Shown piece by piece: positions 1 through 12,734 of a stretch of 64,000 nucleotides of DNA. The position numbers were made by a program, and so were the translations under genes. The notes below the pieces were generated by a model. The model did not search any database and was not told the DNA's origin. It was given only the letters and a program-made list of their open reading frames with translations. The first letter of the stretch is position 1; each line of letters opens with the position of its first letter. Source of the DNA: Candidatus Saccharimonadia bacterium (GTDB taxonomy: Bacteria; Patescibacteriota; Saccharimonadia; Saccharimonadales; 2-12-FULL-41-12); contig OY970327.1 of assembly GCA_963717365.1 (NCBI GenBank), forward strand, positions 331,599 through 395,598, read 5' to 3'.

Positions 1-2650
<2,650 letters not shown>

Positions 2651-2651
<1 letters not shown>

Positions 2652-5600
2652 TGCGTAGGTATACTAGCGGAACAAATATTGCCGACTTTGATGCGGTTCG
2701 TTTGGCTGTTGCCAGTCCTGAGGACATTCTTGAATGGAGTCATGGTGAAGTAACCAAGCCAGAAACAATTAACTATCGAACTCAGAAGCCTGAGCGGGAC
2801 GGTCTGTTCTGTGAACGAATTTTCGGACCTGTTAAAGACATTAATCCACACGACGCTAAATATAAAGGTGTTCGCTCACGTGAAGCTGCCGTTGATAAAA
2901 ACGGTGAATTAGTTACTCGGTCAATTGTTCGCCGTGAACGTATGGCACACATTGCGCTGGCGTCACCAGTCGCTCATATCTGGTTCTTGCGTGGTACTCC
3001 AAGTGCTGTTGGTTTACTACTAGGCATGACCGTTAAAAACCTGGAACGCGTTGCCTACTTTGCTAGCTATATTATCAAATCGGTTGATATCGATAAGCGC
3101 GATCAAATGCTAGCTGACAAAGAAGCTGAATTTGCTGCTGCTCAAGCTGCTATCAAAGCCCGCTTTGAAAAAGAAGCCGAAGATGAAAAAGCCAATGTTA
3201 AAGCTTTGGCTGAAATGCAGACTAAAGAGCTTGAAGAAGTTCAGACTGACTGGGAAGCCCTTAAAGAGCAACTCACCGGTCTTACTAAGCTTGCCCTGAT
3301 TAGCGAAAATGATTACCGCGCTCTATCTGATGATGTTCAAAAAATCATCAAAGTTGGCATGGGTGGCGCAGCAATTAAAGAGCTGCTCGAAGAAATTGAT
3401 CTTCTCAAGCTGATTGCTGACCTCGACATAGAAGCCGCTGAAGCTAAAGGCCAGCGCAAAAAGAAAGTCATGAAGCGCCTTCGCTTGCTGGAAAGCATGG
3501 AGCGGGCTGGTATCAAGCCGTCTAGCATGTGTGTTAGCGTTCTGCCGGTTATACCTCCGGACCTTCGTCCTATGGTGCAGCTTACCGGTGGCCGTTTTGC
3601 AACCTCTGATCTAAACGATTTGTATCGCCGCGTAATTAACCGCAACAACCGCCTGAAGAAATTAATGGATCTTAACGCTCCAGAAGTTATTCGCCGCAAC
3701 GAACAACGTATGCTGCAAGAAGCCGTTGATGCGTTAATCGACAACAGCAGTGCCCGCTCTGGCCGGGCTGTAGCCGCCACCGGCCAACGCCGACGTCTCA
3801 AGAGCTTGTCTGACATGCTCAAAGGTAAGCAAGGCCGGTTCCGCCAGAACCTGCTAGGCAAGCGCGTTGACTATTCAGGCCGTTCCGTTATTGTGGCTGG
3901 TCCTGAACTTAAAATGCACCAGTGTGGTCTGCCAAAGATGATGGCTCTTGAATTATTTAAGCCGTTCGTCATCGGTGAGCTCATTAAACAAGAGTTTGCC
4001 CACAACATCCGCTCGGCTACCCGCATGATCGAAATGGCAGAAATTGCCGTATGGGATACGCTGGACGACAGTCATTAAAGATAAATACGTGCTGCTCAAT
4101 CGTGCACCGTCATTACACCGTCTTTCAATTCAGGCTTTCCAGCCGGTATTGATCGAAGGTAAAGCAATCCAGCTGCCACCGCTCGTTTGTAAGGGCTTTA
4201 ACGCTGACTTTGATGGTGACCAAATGGCTGTTCACTTGCCGCTAAGCGACAAGGCCCAAGCCGAAGCCCGTGATATTATGGCTGCCAATAAGAACTTGCT
4301 AAAACCAGCTGACGGTTCTCCAATTCTTCATATCGAACAAGATATTGTCCTTGGTTGTTACTATCTTACCTATGAGCGTCCCGGCAGTACTACGAAAGTT
4401 AAAGCATTCACCAGTATGGCTGAAGCTTTAATGGCTTTGGACGCTGGAAAATTAACACTCCAAGCGCCAATTACGGTAAATTTCCGTGATGAAATTCGTA
4501 CGTCAACGTTAGGTAGATTCATGTTTAATGAAATTTTCCCAAGCGACTTTCCATTTCAAGACGAGGCAATGACCAAAAAGAAACTTGCCGGCGTTATGGC
4601 ATTGGTCTACCAAATGTACGGCCAAGCAAAAAGCGCTGAAATTGCCGATGATCTCAAAACCCTTGGCTTTGACAGCGCTACAAAATCAGGCGTATCAATG
4701 GGTATGAGCGATTTTGTAGACGTCATCAAACTTGACGAGATCCTTGAAAAGGGCGAAGAACGTGCAACCGCTATTAGCGAGCAGTTTGACCAAGGTTTCA
4801 TCAACGAAGATGAGCGTTATCGTTTAACTATCGAGACCTGGACCAGTGCTGATACCAAGATCCAGAAAGCACTTACCGAACAGTTCGCCAAAGAAGACAA
4901 CGCTATGTCTATGGCGGTTGTGTCTGGTGCTCGTGGTTCAATTGTCCAGGTTAAGCAGGTTATCGGCTCTGTCGGTATCTTGTCTGATGCCTCCGGACGC
5001 GCCATGGAGTTGCCAATCAAAAGCAACTATCGTGACGGTTTAAATCCTTTGGAATACTTTACCTCTACTCGTGGCCAGCGAAAAGGTCTCATCGACACTG
5101 CCCTTAAAACAGCCGACTCAGGTTACTTGACGCGCCGTTTGGTTGATGTTGCCCAGGACGTCTTTACGATTGACAATGCCGCGCCTGATCCAGGTTTTGC
5201 AATGTATCGTTCTGACGCCGCTGAAATAGGCGTGCCATATTCGTTCCGTTTAAGCGGCCGTTACGCTGCTGAAAAGATTGGCAGCTACGTTAAATCCGGC
5301 GAGTTAATCACAAAGCCAGTTGCTGAAGCAATTGAAGCTGACGATTCGCTTGACGGAGTTAAGATCATGAGCGTGCTCAGCGGTACTGCCGTTCGTGGCG
5401 TTAATCGTAAGAGCTACGGTGTAGATCCTGCGACCGGCGAGCTAGTGGCTGACCACAGTCCGATCGGTGTTATTGCTGCCCAGAGTATCGGCGAGCCAGG
5501 TACCCAGTTAACGCTGAAGACATTCCACTCCGGTGGTGCGGCAGTTGCCGATGACATTACCCAGGGTCTGCCACGTGTTGAAGAATTGTTTGAAACCCGT

Positions 5601-6491
5601 TCTCCAAAAGGTAAAGCTTACCTGGCAGAAATTCCCGGCAAGGTTAACGTATGGGAAGAGGGTGATCAGTACCATGTTCAAATTACCGACGACGAAGCAA
5701 AGACTTCAGAGCTGACAATTGGCGACCGAATTGTAGCTGTTGCTACCGGCACAGAAGTGCAAGTCGGTGATGTCGTGGCCGCTGCAGAAGGCGGCGAAAG
5801 CCCATTAATCGCGCCAGTATCCGGCAAAGTTTCCATGACTAAGAAGCTAATCACTATTACGCCAGCCGGCCAAAGTACAGTTAAGTATGAAATCCCAAGC
5901 TTTAAGCAGTTATTTGTTAAAGATGGCGACGTTGTTATCGCTGGTCAGAAATTGACCAATGGTTCAGTTAACCTGCATGACCTAATGCGTCTGCAGGGTG
6001 TTGAAGCAACCCAGCGCTACATCATGAACGAAATTCTTCGTATCTTTGCTTCACAAGGCCAGAACATTTCTGACAAACACCTTGAAATCATTGTGCGTCA
6101 GATGTTTAGCCGGGTACAGATTGAAGATGCCGGTGATAGCGAATTCGTAACGGGTGATATTGTCAGTAAGCTCGCGGTAGTAGAAAATACCGAGCAACTG
6201 ATTGCCGAAAAGAAAGAGCCAGCTGTTTACAACCAGTTATTGCTTGGTATCACCAAGGCATCACTAAGTACCGATTCATTCCTATCAGCAGCTTCCTTCC
6301 AAGACACAACTCGCGTGCTGATCGCCGCTGCTACTAGTGGTAAAGTAGATCATCTGTATGGTCTTAAGGAAAACGTTATCTTAGGACGTCGTATTCCAGT
6401 TGGTACCGGTTACCGCACCGAAGAACAGCTTGAGGCGGAAGCCGAAGCTGAAGCAGCTTTGCAGACCGAGTCCAGAGAATCCCGATATTAG
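2651..6491 (+). CDS. rpoC: DNA-directed RNA polymerase subunit beta'; reading frame interrupted once (+1 shift near 4067-4073)
   Basis: ORF 2651-4078 (frame 2) and ORF 4044-6491 (frame 3) are collinear beta': ...AVWDTLDD|[23 protein letters not shown]..., then [12 protein letters not shown] (catalytic Mg motif). SD GAAGGAGAGG lies upstream of ATG 2651. Confidence 0.92.
4067..4073 (+). other. rpoC frame-break site: GAC-AGT-C (frame 2 to frame 3)
   Basis: Frame 2 reads gac gac agt cat taa. Removing one base at 4069/4070 gives D(D/E)[13 protein letters not shown], matching the conserved beta' sequence. Confidence 0.75.
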
Positions 6492-6530
6492 TGAACCAGA
6501 TTATGGTCAGTCTGCTTGCTCTTTGTGACG

Positions 6531-6573
6531 CTATATCTCGACTTCATTAAAAATTAATGAACGGCAGATATAG
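6531..6573 (+). promoter_or_regulatory. Nested AT-rich hairpin/inverted repeat in the rpoC-rpsL spacer
   Basis: The inner perfect stem is TTCATTAA (6543-6550) / TTAATGAA (6554-6561). The outer stem is CTATATCT (6531-6538) / AGATATAG (6566-6573). No T-run follows. Confidence 0.4.
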
Positions 6574-6611
6574 TAGCAAAATGGTATGTCCCAGCTATTC
6601 GTAATGACGAT

Positions 6612-6640
6612 TTGCGGATGACTTGCTTATCTGTTACAAT
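6612..6640 (+). promoter_or_regulatory. Candidate promoter for rpsL-rpsG-fusA
   Basis: TTGCGG (6612-6617), 17-nt spacer, TACAAT (6635-6640). The -35 is weak. Confidence 0.3.
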
Positions 6641-6728
6641 TAACACTAAGTAAAATATAAGTAATCCGAGCCAGGTCATCAAATTGGCATAGACCCGCCG
6701 CAGCAGATTACAGGTTCAAGGAGAATCA

Positions 6729-7139
6729 ATGCCAACCATTAACCAATTAGTGCGTAAACCGCGGGTTAAGCAGACTTCCAAGAGTAAGTCTCCTGCTATG
6801 CAGCGCGTTGTAAATAACCTCAAAACTAAGAATTATGAAAAGCCAGCCCCGTTTAAGCGCGGTGTCTGCGTTAAGGTAACCACTAAAACACCAAAGAAAC
6901 CTAACTCAGCGCTTCGTAAGGTCGCACGTGTCCGTTTAACCAACGGCTATGAAGTATGGGCTTATATTGGTGGAGAAGGTCACAACCTGCAAGAGCACGC
7001 AGCTGTTTTAGTGCGTGGTGGTCGCGTTAAAGACTTGCCAGGTGTGCGTTACCATATTGTTCGAGGTAACCTTGACCTTCAAGGTGTTAGCAACCGCAAA
7101 CAGGGCCGTTCTAAGTACGGTGCCAAAAAGGAGAAATAA
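6729..7139 (+). CDS. rpsL: 30S ribosomal protein S12 (uS12)
   Basis: The sequence MPTINQL...KKPNSALRK... is a recognisable uS12 sequence. AAGGAG SD lies 5 nt upstream. The gene is first in the str operon. Confidence 0.98.
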   Translation: MPTINQLVRKPRVKQTSKSKSPAMQRVVNNLKTKNYEKPAPFKRGVCVKVTTKTPKKPNSALRKVARVRLTNGYEVWAYIGGEGHNLQEHAAVLVRGGRVKDLPGVRYHIVRGNLDLQGVSNRKQGRSKYGAKKEK

Positions 7140-7142
7140 ATC

Positions 7143-7622
7143 ATGCCGCGAAAAGTAACCGCCTCTCTCGTCCGTGATATTAAACCTGATCGCATTTACG
7201 ATAGTGTTCAAGTCCAACGCCTGATTAATCGTGTTATGCGACATGGCAAAAAACAACTCGCTGAACGATTAGTTTATAACGGCATGCAAAAAGCTGCCGA
7301 CAAACTTAAAGTAGATAATCCTCTTGATGTCTTTGAGCAAGCCATGAAAAACGTCCAACCGCACCTTGAGACTCGTTCTCGACGTGTCGGTGGAGCTAAC
7401 TACCAAATACCTTTTGAAGTTAAAGGTCAGCGTCAACAGCACCTCACCATGATGTGGTTTGTTGCCGCTACCCGTAGCCGTAAAGGTATGAGCATGGAAG
7501 ACCGTTTAGCGCTTGAGCTAATGGACGCCTACAATAACACCGGTACCTCTGTTAAGAAACGTGAAGATTCTCATAAAATGGCAGATGCTAACCGAGCCTT
7601 TGCTCATTTCGCTAGGTATTAA
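7143..7622 (+). CDS. rpsG: 30S ribosomal protein S7 (uS7)
   Basis: The uS7 sequence is recognisable (...RVGGANYQIPFEV...). The gene directly follows rpsL. Confidence 0.97.
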   Translation: MPRKVTASLVRDIKPDRIYDSVQVQRLINRVMRHGKKQLAERLVYNGMQKAADKLKVDNPLDVFEQAMKNVQPHLETRSRRVGGANYQIPFEVKGQRQQHLTMMWFVAATRSRKGMSMEDRLALELMDAYNNTGTSVKKREDSHKMADANRAFAHFARY

Positions 7623-7626
7623 GAAT

Positions 7627-8034
7627 ATGGCACTCATCAATAATAATGCAGAGTTTTGTCCGGGCTGTGATTGTGGCGGTAGTTTTATTGGACCTTTGTC
7701 ACCTGAATCATTTGAGTTTTCTAAGATAGATTCTTCAGACGGTAATTGGGGCGAAGGTTTTAATATTAGGGCCAGAGATGAATTCGGCACAAAAAGCGCA
7801 AGTAAAAGAACTTATGACGCATTGGGTCACGCAAAGCCGGAGTTAAAAAATACTGCAGTTCAAGAAGCTGTCGCTGCCATATTGGTAAATCGAGTTATGC
7901 TGTGTAACGGCCCACAAACCATACATACCAGTCGGTACGGTGAGGGAGCGAATGGTATGCAGCTAAGTTGTAGAGCATTATCTTCAGAAGGCATTGATGT
8001 TGCATACGCAAAAGCAGTAGAACAGACTGCTTAA
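7627..8034 (+). CDS. Hypothetical protein (135 aa) with N-terminal CPGCDC motif, inserted between rpsG and fusA
   Basis: The ORF is in frame with track ORF 7561-8034. The first ATG at 7627 lies 4 nt after the rpsG stop. I recognise no family. Confidence 0.55.
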   Translation: MALINNNAEFCPGCDCGGSFIGPLSPESFEFSKIDSSDGNWGEGFNIRARDEFGTKSASKRTYDALGHAKPELKNTAVQEAVAAILVNRVMLCNGPQTIHTSRYGEGANGMQLSCRALSSEGIDVAYAKAVEQTA

Positions 8035-8085
8035 ACTAATGATCTTAAAAAATAATATTGCTTCAACACTGAAAGGTTAAAAATA

Positions 8086-10170
8086 ATGGCTAAAGTAACC
8101 CCAATCGACAAGCTGAGAAACATCGGCATCATTGCACATATTGATGCTGGTAAAACCACTACAACCGAAGGTATTTTGTACCGCACCGGTTTGAAACATA
8201 AAATCGGTGCCGTCCATGAGGGTGGAACTACCACTGACTATATGGCGCAAGAACGTGAACGCGGCATTACTATCGTATCGGCTGCTGTTACCTGTATGTG
8301 GAAAGACCATCAAATTAATATTATTGATACGCCAGGCCACATTGACTTTACGGTTGAAGTGCAGCGTTCGCTGCGCGTGCTTGACGGTGCTATCACCGTA
8401 TTTGACGGTAAGATGGGTGTTGAGTCTCAGTCAGAAACAGTCTGGCGACAAGCTGATGGATACAATGTTCCTCGTATCTGTTTTATAAATAAGATTAACC
8501 AGACTGGTGGAGATTTTTACAAATCACTTGATTCTATCCATGCTCGTTTAACGAAGCGCGCTTTCCCGATTCACCTGCCGATTGGCTTTGAACAAAGCAT
8601 TAACGGTATCGTTGATCTTGTAGCAATGAAAACATATAGCTACAAAGAATTTACTGATAAAGAGTTGGTCGAAGGTGTTATTCCTGCTGATATGCTTGAA
8701 AAAGCTCAAAAATATCGTAGTTTACTGGTTGAAAACGCGGTTGCGGAAGATGAAGCAATTCTAGAAAAGTACTTTGAGGTGGGTGAGGAAGGCCTGAGTA
8801 ATGCAGAAATTATGCAGGCAATTCGCTCAGCTGTTCTAACTGGCGCATTCTTTATTGTTTCTGGCGGTGATGGCCGTGGTGTAATTGTAGAAAAACTGCT
8901 TGATATTGCCACAGAATATTTACCGAGCCCGCTTGATAGAGGCAGTACCTGGGGTAAACACCCTAAAACTGGTGAAGAAGTTGAGCGCAAACCTGAACTT
9001 AGCCAGCCGCTTGCAGGTCTAGCTTTTAAAATTACTACTGACCCATTTGTTGGTAAATTAGCTTACTTCCGCGTCTATTCAGGCAAATTGGTAGCTGGCA
9101 GCTATGTATTGAACAGCTCGTCGGGAGAAAAAGAGCGCATTGGACGTATTGTCCGTATGCAAGCTGATAAGCGGGAAGACGTTGCAGAAGTAACGACCGG
9201 TGATATTGCAGCTATTGTAGGACTTAAAGCAACCACTACTGGCCATACGCTTTGCGACCCTAATAATCAAATTACGTTAGAATCAATTACATTTCCAGAT
9301 CCTCCAGTTTCCATTTCGATTGAGCCTAAGACCAAGTCGGACCAAGAAAAAATGAGCATCGCACTTCAGCGCTTGGCTGAAGAAGATCCAACTTTCCAGG
9401 TCAAAGTAGACCATGAAACTGGCCAAACCATTATTAGTGGAATGGGTGAGTTACACCTTGAAATTTTAGTAGATCGAATGAAACGAGAATTTGATGTCGA
9501 GGCTAATATTGGCCAGCCTCAGGTTGCATACCGCGAAACCATTCGGAAAGATAACGTTGAAGCTGAAGGTAAGTTTGTCAAGCAATCCGGCGGACGGGGT
9601 CAATACGGTCACGTAGTCTTCCGTGTTTCCCAAAATGAAGCCGGTGAAGGCCTAGAGTTCATAAATTCCATCAAGGGCGGTTCAATACCAAGCGAATACA
9701 TTAAGCCAGTAGAGGAAGGCGTTAAAGAGGCTATGGGTAGCGGCGTTCTGGCTGGTTACCCGGTTGTTGATCTTAAAGTTGAATTGTTTGACGGTAGCTA
9801 TCACGACGTTGACTCCAATGAAATGGCCTTCAAAATTGCCGGCTCCATGGGCCTAAAAGAAGCTGTTCGAAATGCCAACCCTGTCTTACTAGAGCCTGTA
9901 ATGAAAGTAGTTGCCGTTACGCCAGAAGAATTTATGGGTGACGTTATTGGTAGCCTTAACTCTAAGCGCGGCAGAATCGAAGCTATGGACGACCTAGCAA
10001 ATGGTATCAAGCAAATTACCTCATTCGTGCCACTCGGTGAAATGTTCGGTTATACCACCGAGCTTCGCAGTTCTACCCAGGGTCGCGCCAGTTCAAGCAT
10101 GGAGCTTGATCACTACGCTGATGTGCCAGGCCATGTGACTGAAGCAATTGTTGCTAAAAACGGCAAATAA
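8086..10170 (+). CDS. fusA: Elongation factor G
   Basis: G1 motif AHIDAGKTTTTE and DTPGHIDF are present. The protein is 694 aa and sits in the str operon position. Confidence 0.98.
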   Translation: MAKVTPIDKLRNIGIIAHIDAGKTTTTEGILYRTGLKHKIGAVHEGGTTTDYMAQERERGITIVSAAVTCMWKDHQINIIDTPGHIDFTVEVQRSLRVLDGAITVFDGKMGVESQSETVWRQADGYNVPRICFINKINQTGGDFYKSLDSIHARLTKRAFPIHLPIGFEQSINGIVDLVAMKTYSYKEFTDKELVEGVIPADMLEKAQKYRSLLVENAVAEDEAILEKYFEVGEEGLSNAEIMQAIRSAVLTGAFFIVSGGDGRGVIVEKLLDIATEYLPSPLDRGSTWGKHPKTGEEVERKPELSQPLAGLAFKITTDPFVGKLAYFRVYSGKLVAGSYVLNSSSGEKERIGRIVRMQADKREDVAEVTTGDIAAIVGLKATTTGHTLCDPNNQITLESITFPDPPVSISIEPKTKSDQEKMSIALQRLAEEDPTFQVKVDHETGQTIISGMGELHLEILVDRMKREFDVEANIGQPQVAYRETIRKDNVEAEGKFVKQSGGRGQYGHVVFRVSQNEAGEGLEFINSIKGGSIPSEYIKPVEEGVKEAMGSGVLAGYPVVDLKVELFDGSYHDVDSNEMAFKIAGSMGLKEAVRNANPVLLEPVMKVVAVTPEEFMGDVIGSLNSKRGRIEAMDDLANGIKQITSFVPLGEMFGYTTELRSSTQGRASSSMELDHYADVPGHVTEAIVAKNGK

Positions 10171-10175
10171 CGGTT

Positions 10176-10412
10176 GTGGCTTGGCAGGACGCGGTTTTAT
10201 TCGGCAGTACTTTCGCCTTTGTAATCGCGCTCATTCCATCGGTTATCGGTAAAAATAAGCCAGAAATTAGCACTAGTTTACTCACCGGTATGGCAGTGGT
10301 AATTATTTCTGTGACATATGTGACCCTTCATTTGTACTACGCAGCACTGATGGCCTTTACAAATGGTGTGCTCTGGTTGGTGCTGGCATTTCAAAAGTAC
10401 CGACAGGACTAA
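10176..10412 (+). CDS. Small membrane protein (78 aa, 3 predicted TM helices; SemiSWEET/PQ-loop-like layout is only a guess)
   Basis: GTG start lies 5 nt after the fusA stop. Three hydrophobic segments are separated by KNKPEIS and a short turn. No clear SD. Confidence 0.45.
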   Translation: MAWQDAVLFGSTFAFVIALIPSVIGKNKPEISTSLLTGMAVVIISVTYVTLHLYYAALMAFTNGVLWLVLAFQKYRQD

Positions 10413-10415
10413 CTC

Positions 10416-10444
10416 TTTACAAACAGCGGTTATTTAGGTACCAT
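10416..10444 (+). promoter_or_regulatory. Candidate tuf promoter
   Basis: TTTACA (10416-10421), 17 nt, TACCAT (10439-10444). The -35 sits in a 12-mer, CTCTTTACAAAC, also found at the infA promoter. Confidence 0.4.
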
Positions 10445-10534
10445 AAATTAGTACATTATGTGTGCGTCTAGCTTTTGCTATGCTTACATGTATACAAATC
10501 ACAACTAGTATTTAAATTTAGGAGCTCCACTTAC

Positions 10535-11719
10535 ATGGCAGATACATTTGACCGAAGCAAGCCGCACGTAAACGTAGGTACTATGGGTCACGTTGACCAT
10601 GGTAAAACTACGCTGACAGCAGCTATTACTCACGTGCTTGCGAAAAAACTTCCAAGCAAAGTTAACGTTGCAAAAAACTACGACGAAATTGACAATGCGC
10701 CAGAAGAAAAAGCTCGTGGTATTACCATCGCTACATCTCATCAAGAATATGAGTCAGAAAAGCGTCACTACGCTCACGTTGATATGCCAGGTCACGCCGA
10801 TTACGTCAAGAACATGATTACCGGTGCTGCTCAGATCGACGGCGCTATTCTTGTAGTGGGTGCCAACGACGGTCCCTTGCCACAAACCCGTGAGCACGTA
10901 CTGTTAGCTCGCCAGGTTGGTGTTCCTAAGATACTGGTCTTTATGAACAAGATGGATCTTGCCGATGCAGAACTAGTAGAACTAGTAGAAATGGACATCC
11001 GTGAACTGCTTGCTAAGAATGGTTTTGACGAAGACGCTCCAATCATCAAGGGTTCAGCTACTAAGGCGCTTGACGGTGACCCGGCTTCAGAGGACGCAAT
11101 TATGGAACTGGTCAAAGCTATGGATGATTTCATTCCGCAGCCAGTCCGTGAACTTGATAAGCCTTTCTTGATGCCTATCGAAGACGTCTTTTCTATTAAG
11201 GGCCGTGGTACGGTTGCGACCGGACGTATTGAAACAGGTGTTGTAAAGCTTAACGAAGAAGTTGAGATCATTGGTATTCGTGAACCTCGTAAGTCAGTGG
11301 TAACCGGAATTGAAGCTTTTAAGAAACAGCTAGACCAAGGCCAGGCCGGCGACAACGCTGGTATCTTGCTCCGCGGTATTGAGCGTGATGACATTGAACG
11401 CGGTCAAGTTATTGCCAAGCCAGGTTCTGTTAAGCCGCACACCGAGTTTGACGCTGAAGTTTACATCCTTAAAAAAGAAGAAGGCGGCCGGCATACTCCG
11501 TTCTTCAAGGGTTACAAGCCACAGTTTTACTTCCGCACGACGGACGTAACTGGTGAGGTTGAACTTCCAGCCGACAAAGAGATGGTTATGCCAGGCGACA
11601 CTATTACCTTTAAGGTAAAGCTGCTCGCTCCAATTGCCATGGAACAAGGACTTCGCTTCGCTATCCGCGAAGGCGGCAGAACTGTTGGCGCCGGTGTTGT
11701 TACTAAAATTGTTAAATAA
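10535..11719 (+). CDS. tuf: Elongation factor Tu
   Basis: [19 protein letters not shown] and NKMD motifs are present. ATG 10535 is preceded by AGGAG (10520-10524). The upstream part of track ORF 10475 is non-homologous. Confidence 0.98.
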   Translation: MADTFDRSKPHVNVGTMGHVDHGKTTLTAAITHVLAKKLPSKVNVAKNYDEIDNAPEEKARGITIATSHQEYESEKRHYAHVDMPGHADYVKNMITGAAQIDGAILVVGANDGPLPQTREHVLLARQVGVPKILVFMNKMDLADAELVELVEMDIRELLAKNGFDEDAPIIKGSATKALDGDPASEDAIMELVKAMDDFIPQPVRELDKPFLMPIEDVFSIKGRGTVATGRIETGVVKLNEEVEIIGIREPRKSVVTGIEAFKKQLDQGQAGDNAGILLRGIERDDIERGQVIAKPGSVKPHTEFDAEVYILKKEEGGRHTPFFKGYKPQFYFRTTDVTGEVELPADKEMVMPGDTITFKVKLLAPIAMEQGLRFAIREGGRTVGAGVVTKIVK

Positions 11720-11738
11720 TAAGATAACAATATAAATT

Positions 11739-11776
11739 AAAAGAGTCTCTTAGTCATAGAGACTCTTTTAATTTAT
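11739..11776 (+). terminator. Intrinsic terminator after tuf
   Basis: 12-bp perfect stem AAAAGAGTCTCT / AGAGACTCTTTT with a 7-nt loop, followed by a T-rich tail. Confidence 0.8.
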
Positions 11777-11822
11777 TGACAAGTATGTTATAATAGTTAA
11801 ATTAAGATGTAAGAGATTATGT

Positions 11823-12176
11823 ATGAGTATTTTAAGAAACGAATCCAGAGAAGCATTACTATTAGAACCAGTAGACGAGCGTTTTAGGGATGTTGGCCGA
11901 GAGGATGTCCGCCTGTACTTAAGGGGTATTGATAATACCCGAAAAGATCCTACTTATACGTACTATATTCCATCTAGAGTATTTGGAGAATGGACTGCCA
12001 TAACAGGGGAAGATGCAGATGAGATGGAAGCATTAGTTCGTGAGAACTATGCACCTTTCTATCCCGAGTTTGCTCCAGAACCTATTGCAGACGAAACTGC
12101 AGTAAAAGTTACCAGTGAACCTCAATTAAAAAGAGGTTGGCTACAACGTATCGTTAACCCTTTCAATTTTGGATAA
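11823..12176 (+). CDS. Hypothetical protein (117 aa) between tuf and rpsJ
   Basis: Intact ORF downstream of the tuf terminator and a TTGACA (11776-11781)/AT-rich -10 region. No recognisable domain. Confidence 0.55.
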   Translation: MSILRNESREALLLEPVDERFRDVGREDVRLYLRGIDNTRKDPTYTYYIPSRVFGEWTAITGEDADEMEALVRENYAPFYPEFAPEPIADETAVKVTSEPQLKRGWLQRIVNPFNFG

Positions 12177-12310
12177 AGCACTTTTCATCCTTGCCCTAAT
12201 CTGTTAAAGTAATATCCAAGTAATAATTTAAATTGTTGATTAAAAGTTCTAATTGAGAAAAATTGGAATGTTACAGCAACCCAGTCACTTGGGAAGAAGG
12301 AATATCACCT

Positions 12311-12649
12311 ATGGTAGACGCCGCAGTACCAAAAAAACCAGATGGCAAACAACGGATAAGAATTCGTCTTAAGGCCTACGATCACAAAGTAATAGACCAA
12401 TCTGCCAAACAGATTGTTGACACAGCTCTGCGTACCGGTGCTACTATTGCCGGTCCTGTACCGTTGCCAACTCGCCGCAGCACATTTACAGTTGTAAAGA
12501 GTCCACATGTATATAAAAAAGGCCGTGAACAATTTGAAATGCGCGTTCACAAGCGCTTGATTGATGTTTTGGATCCTACCCCAAAAACAATTGATTCATT
12601 GATGAATCTGAGCTTACCGGCTGGCTGCGACGCCGAAATAAAAATGTAA
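12311..12649 (+). CDS. rpsJ: 30S ribosomal protein S10 (uS10)
   Basis: [22 protein letters not shown]... is a uS10 sequence. ATG 12311 is preceded by GAAGAAGG. Confidence 0.96.
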   Translation: MVDAAVPKKPDGKQRIRIRLKAYDHKVIDQSAKQIVDTALRTGATIAGPVPLPTRRSTFTVVKSPHVYKKGREQFEMRVHKRLIDVLDPTPKTIDSLMNLSLPAGCDAEIKM

Positions 12650-12694
12650 ACTCTACATAGCATATACCCAACCAAAGCATACGTTCCCCAATAA

Positions 12695-12723
12695 TTGTAT
12701 ATAGCACAATAATGTGTTAATAT
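12695..12723 (+). promoter_or_regulatory. Candidate promoter of the 664-aa ORF
   Basis: TTGTAT (12695-12700), 17 nt, TAATAT (12718-12723). The ATG lies 11 nt downstream with no SD. Confidence 0.45.
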
Positions 12724-12734
12724 GACTTATTGAT

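Noticed and set aside
6420-6470. Short GAA/GCx (Glu-Ala) repeat at the rpoC 3' end
   Set aside because: This is a low-complexity acidic tail of the protein (…[11 protein letters not shown]…), consistent with other low-complexity tails in this genome. It is not a distinct repeat element.
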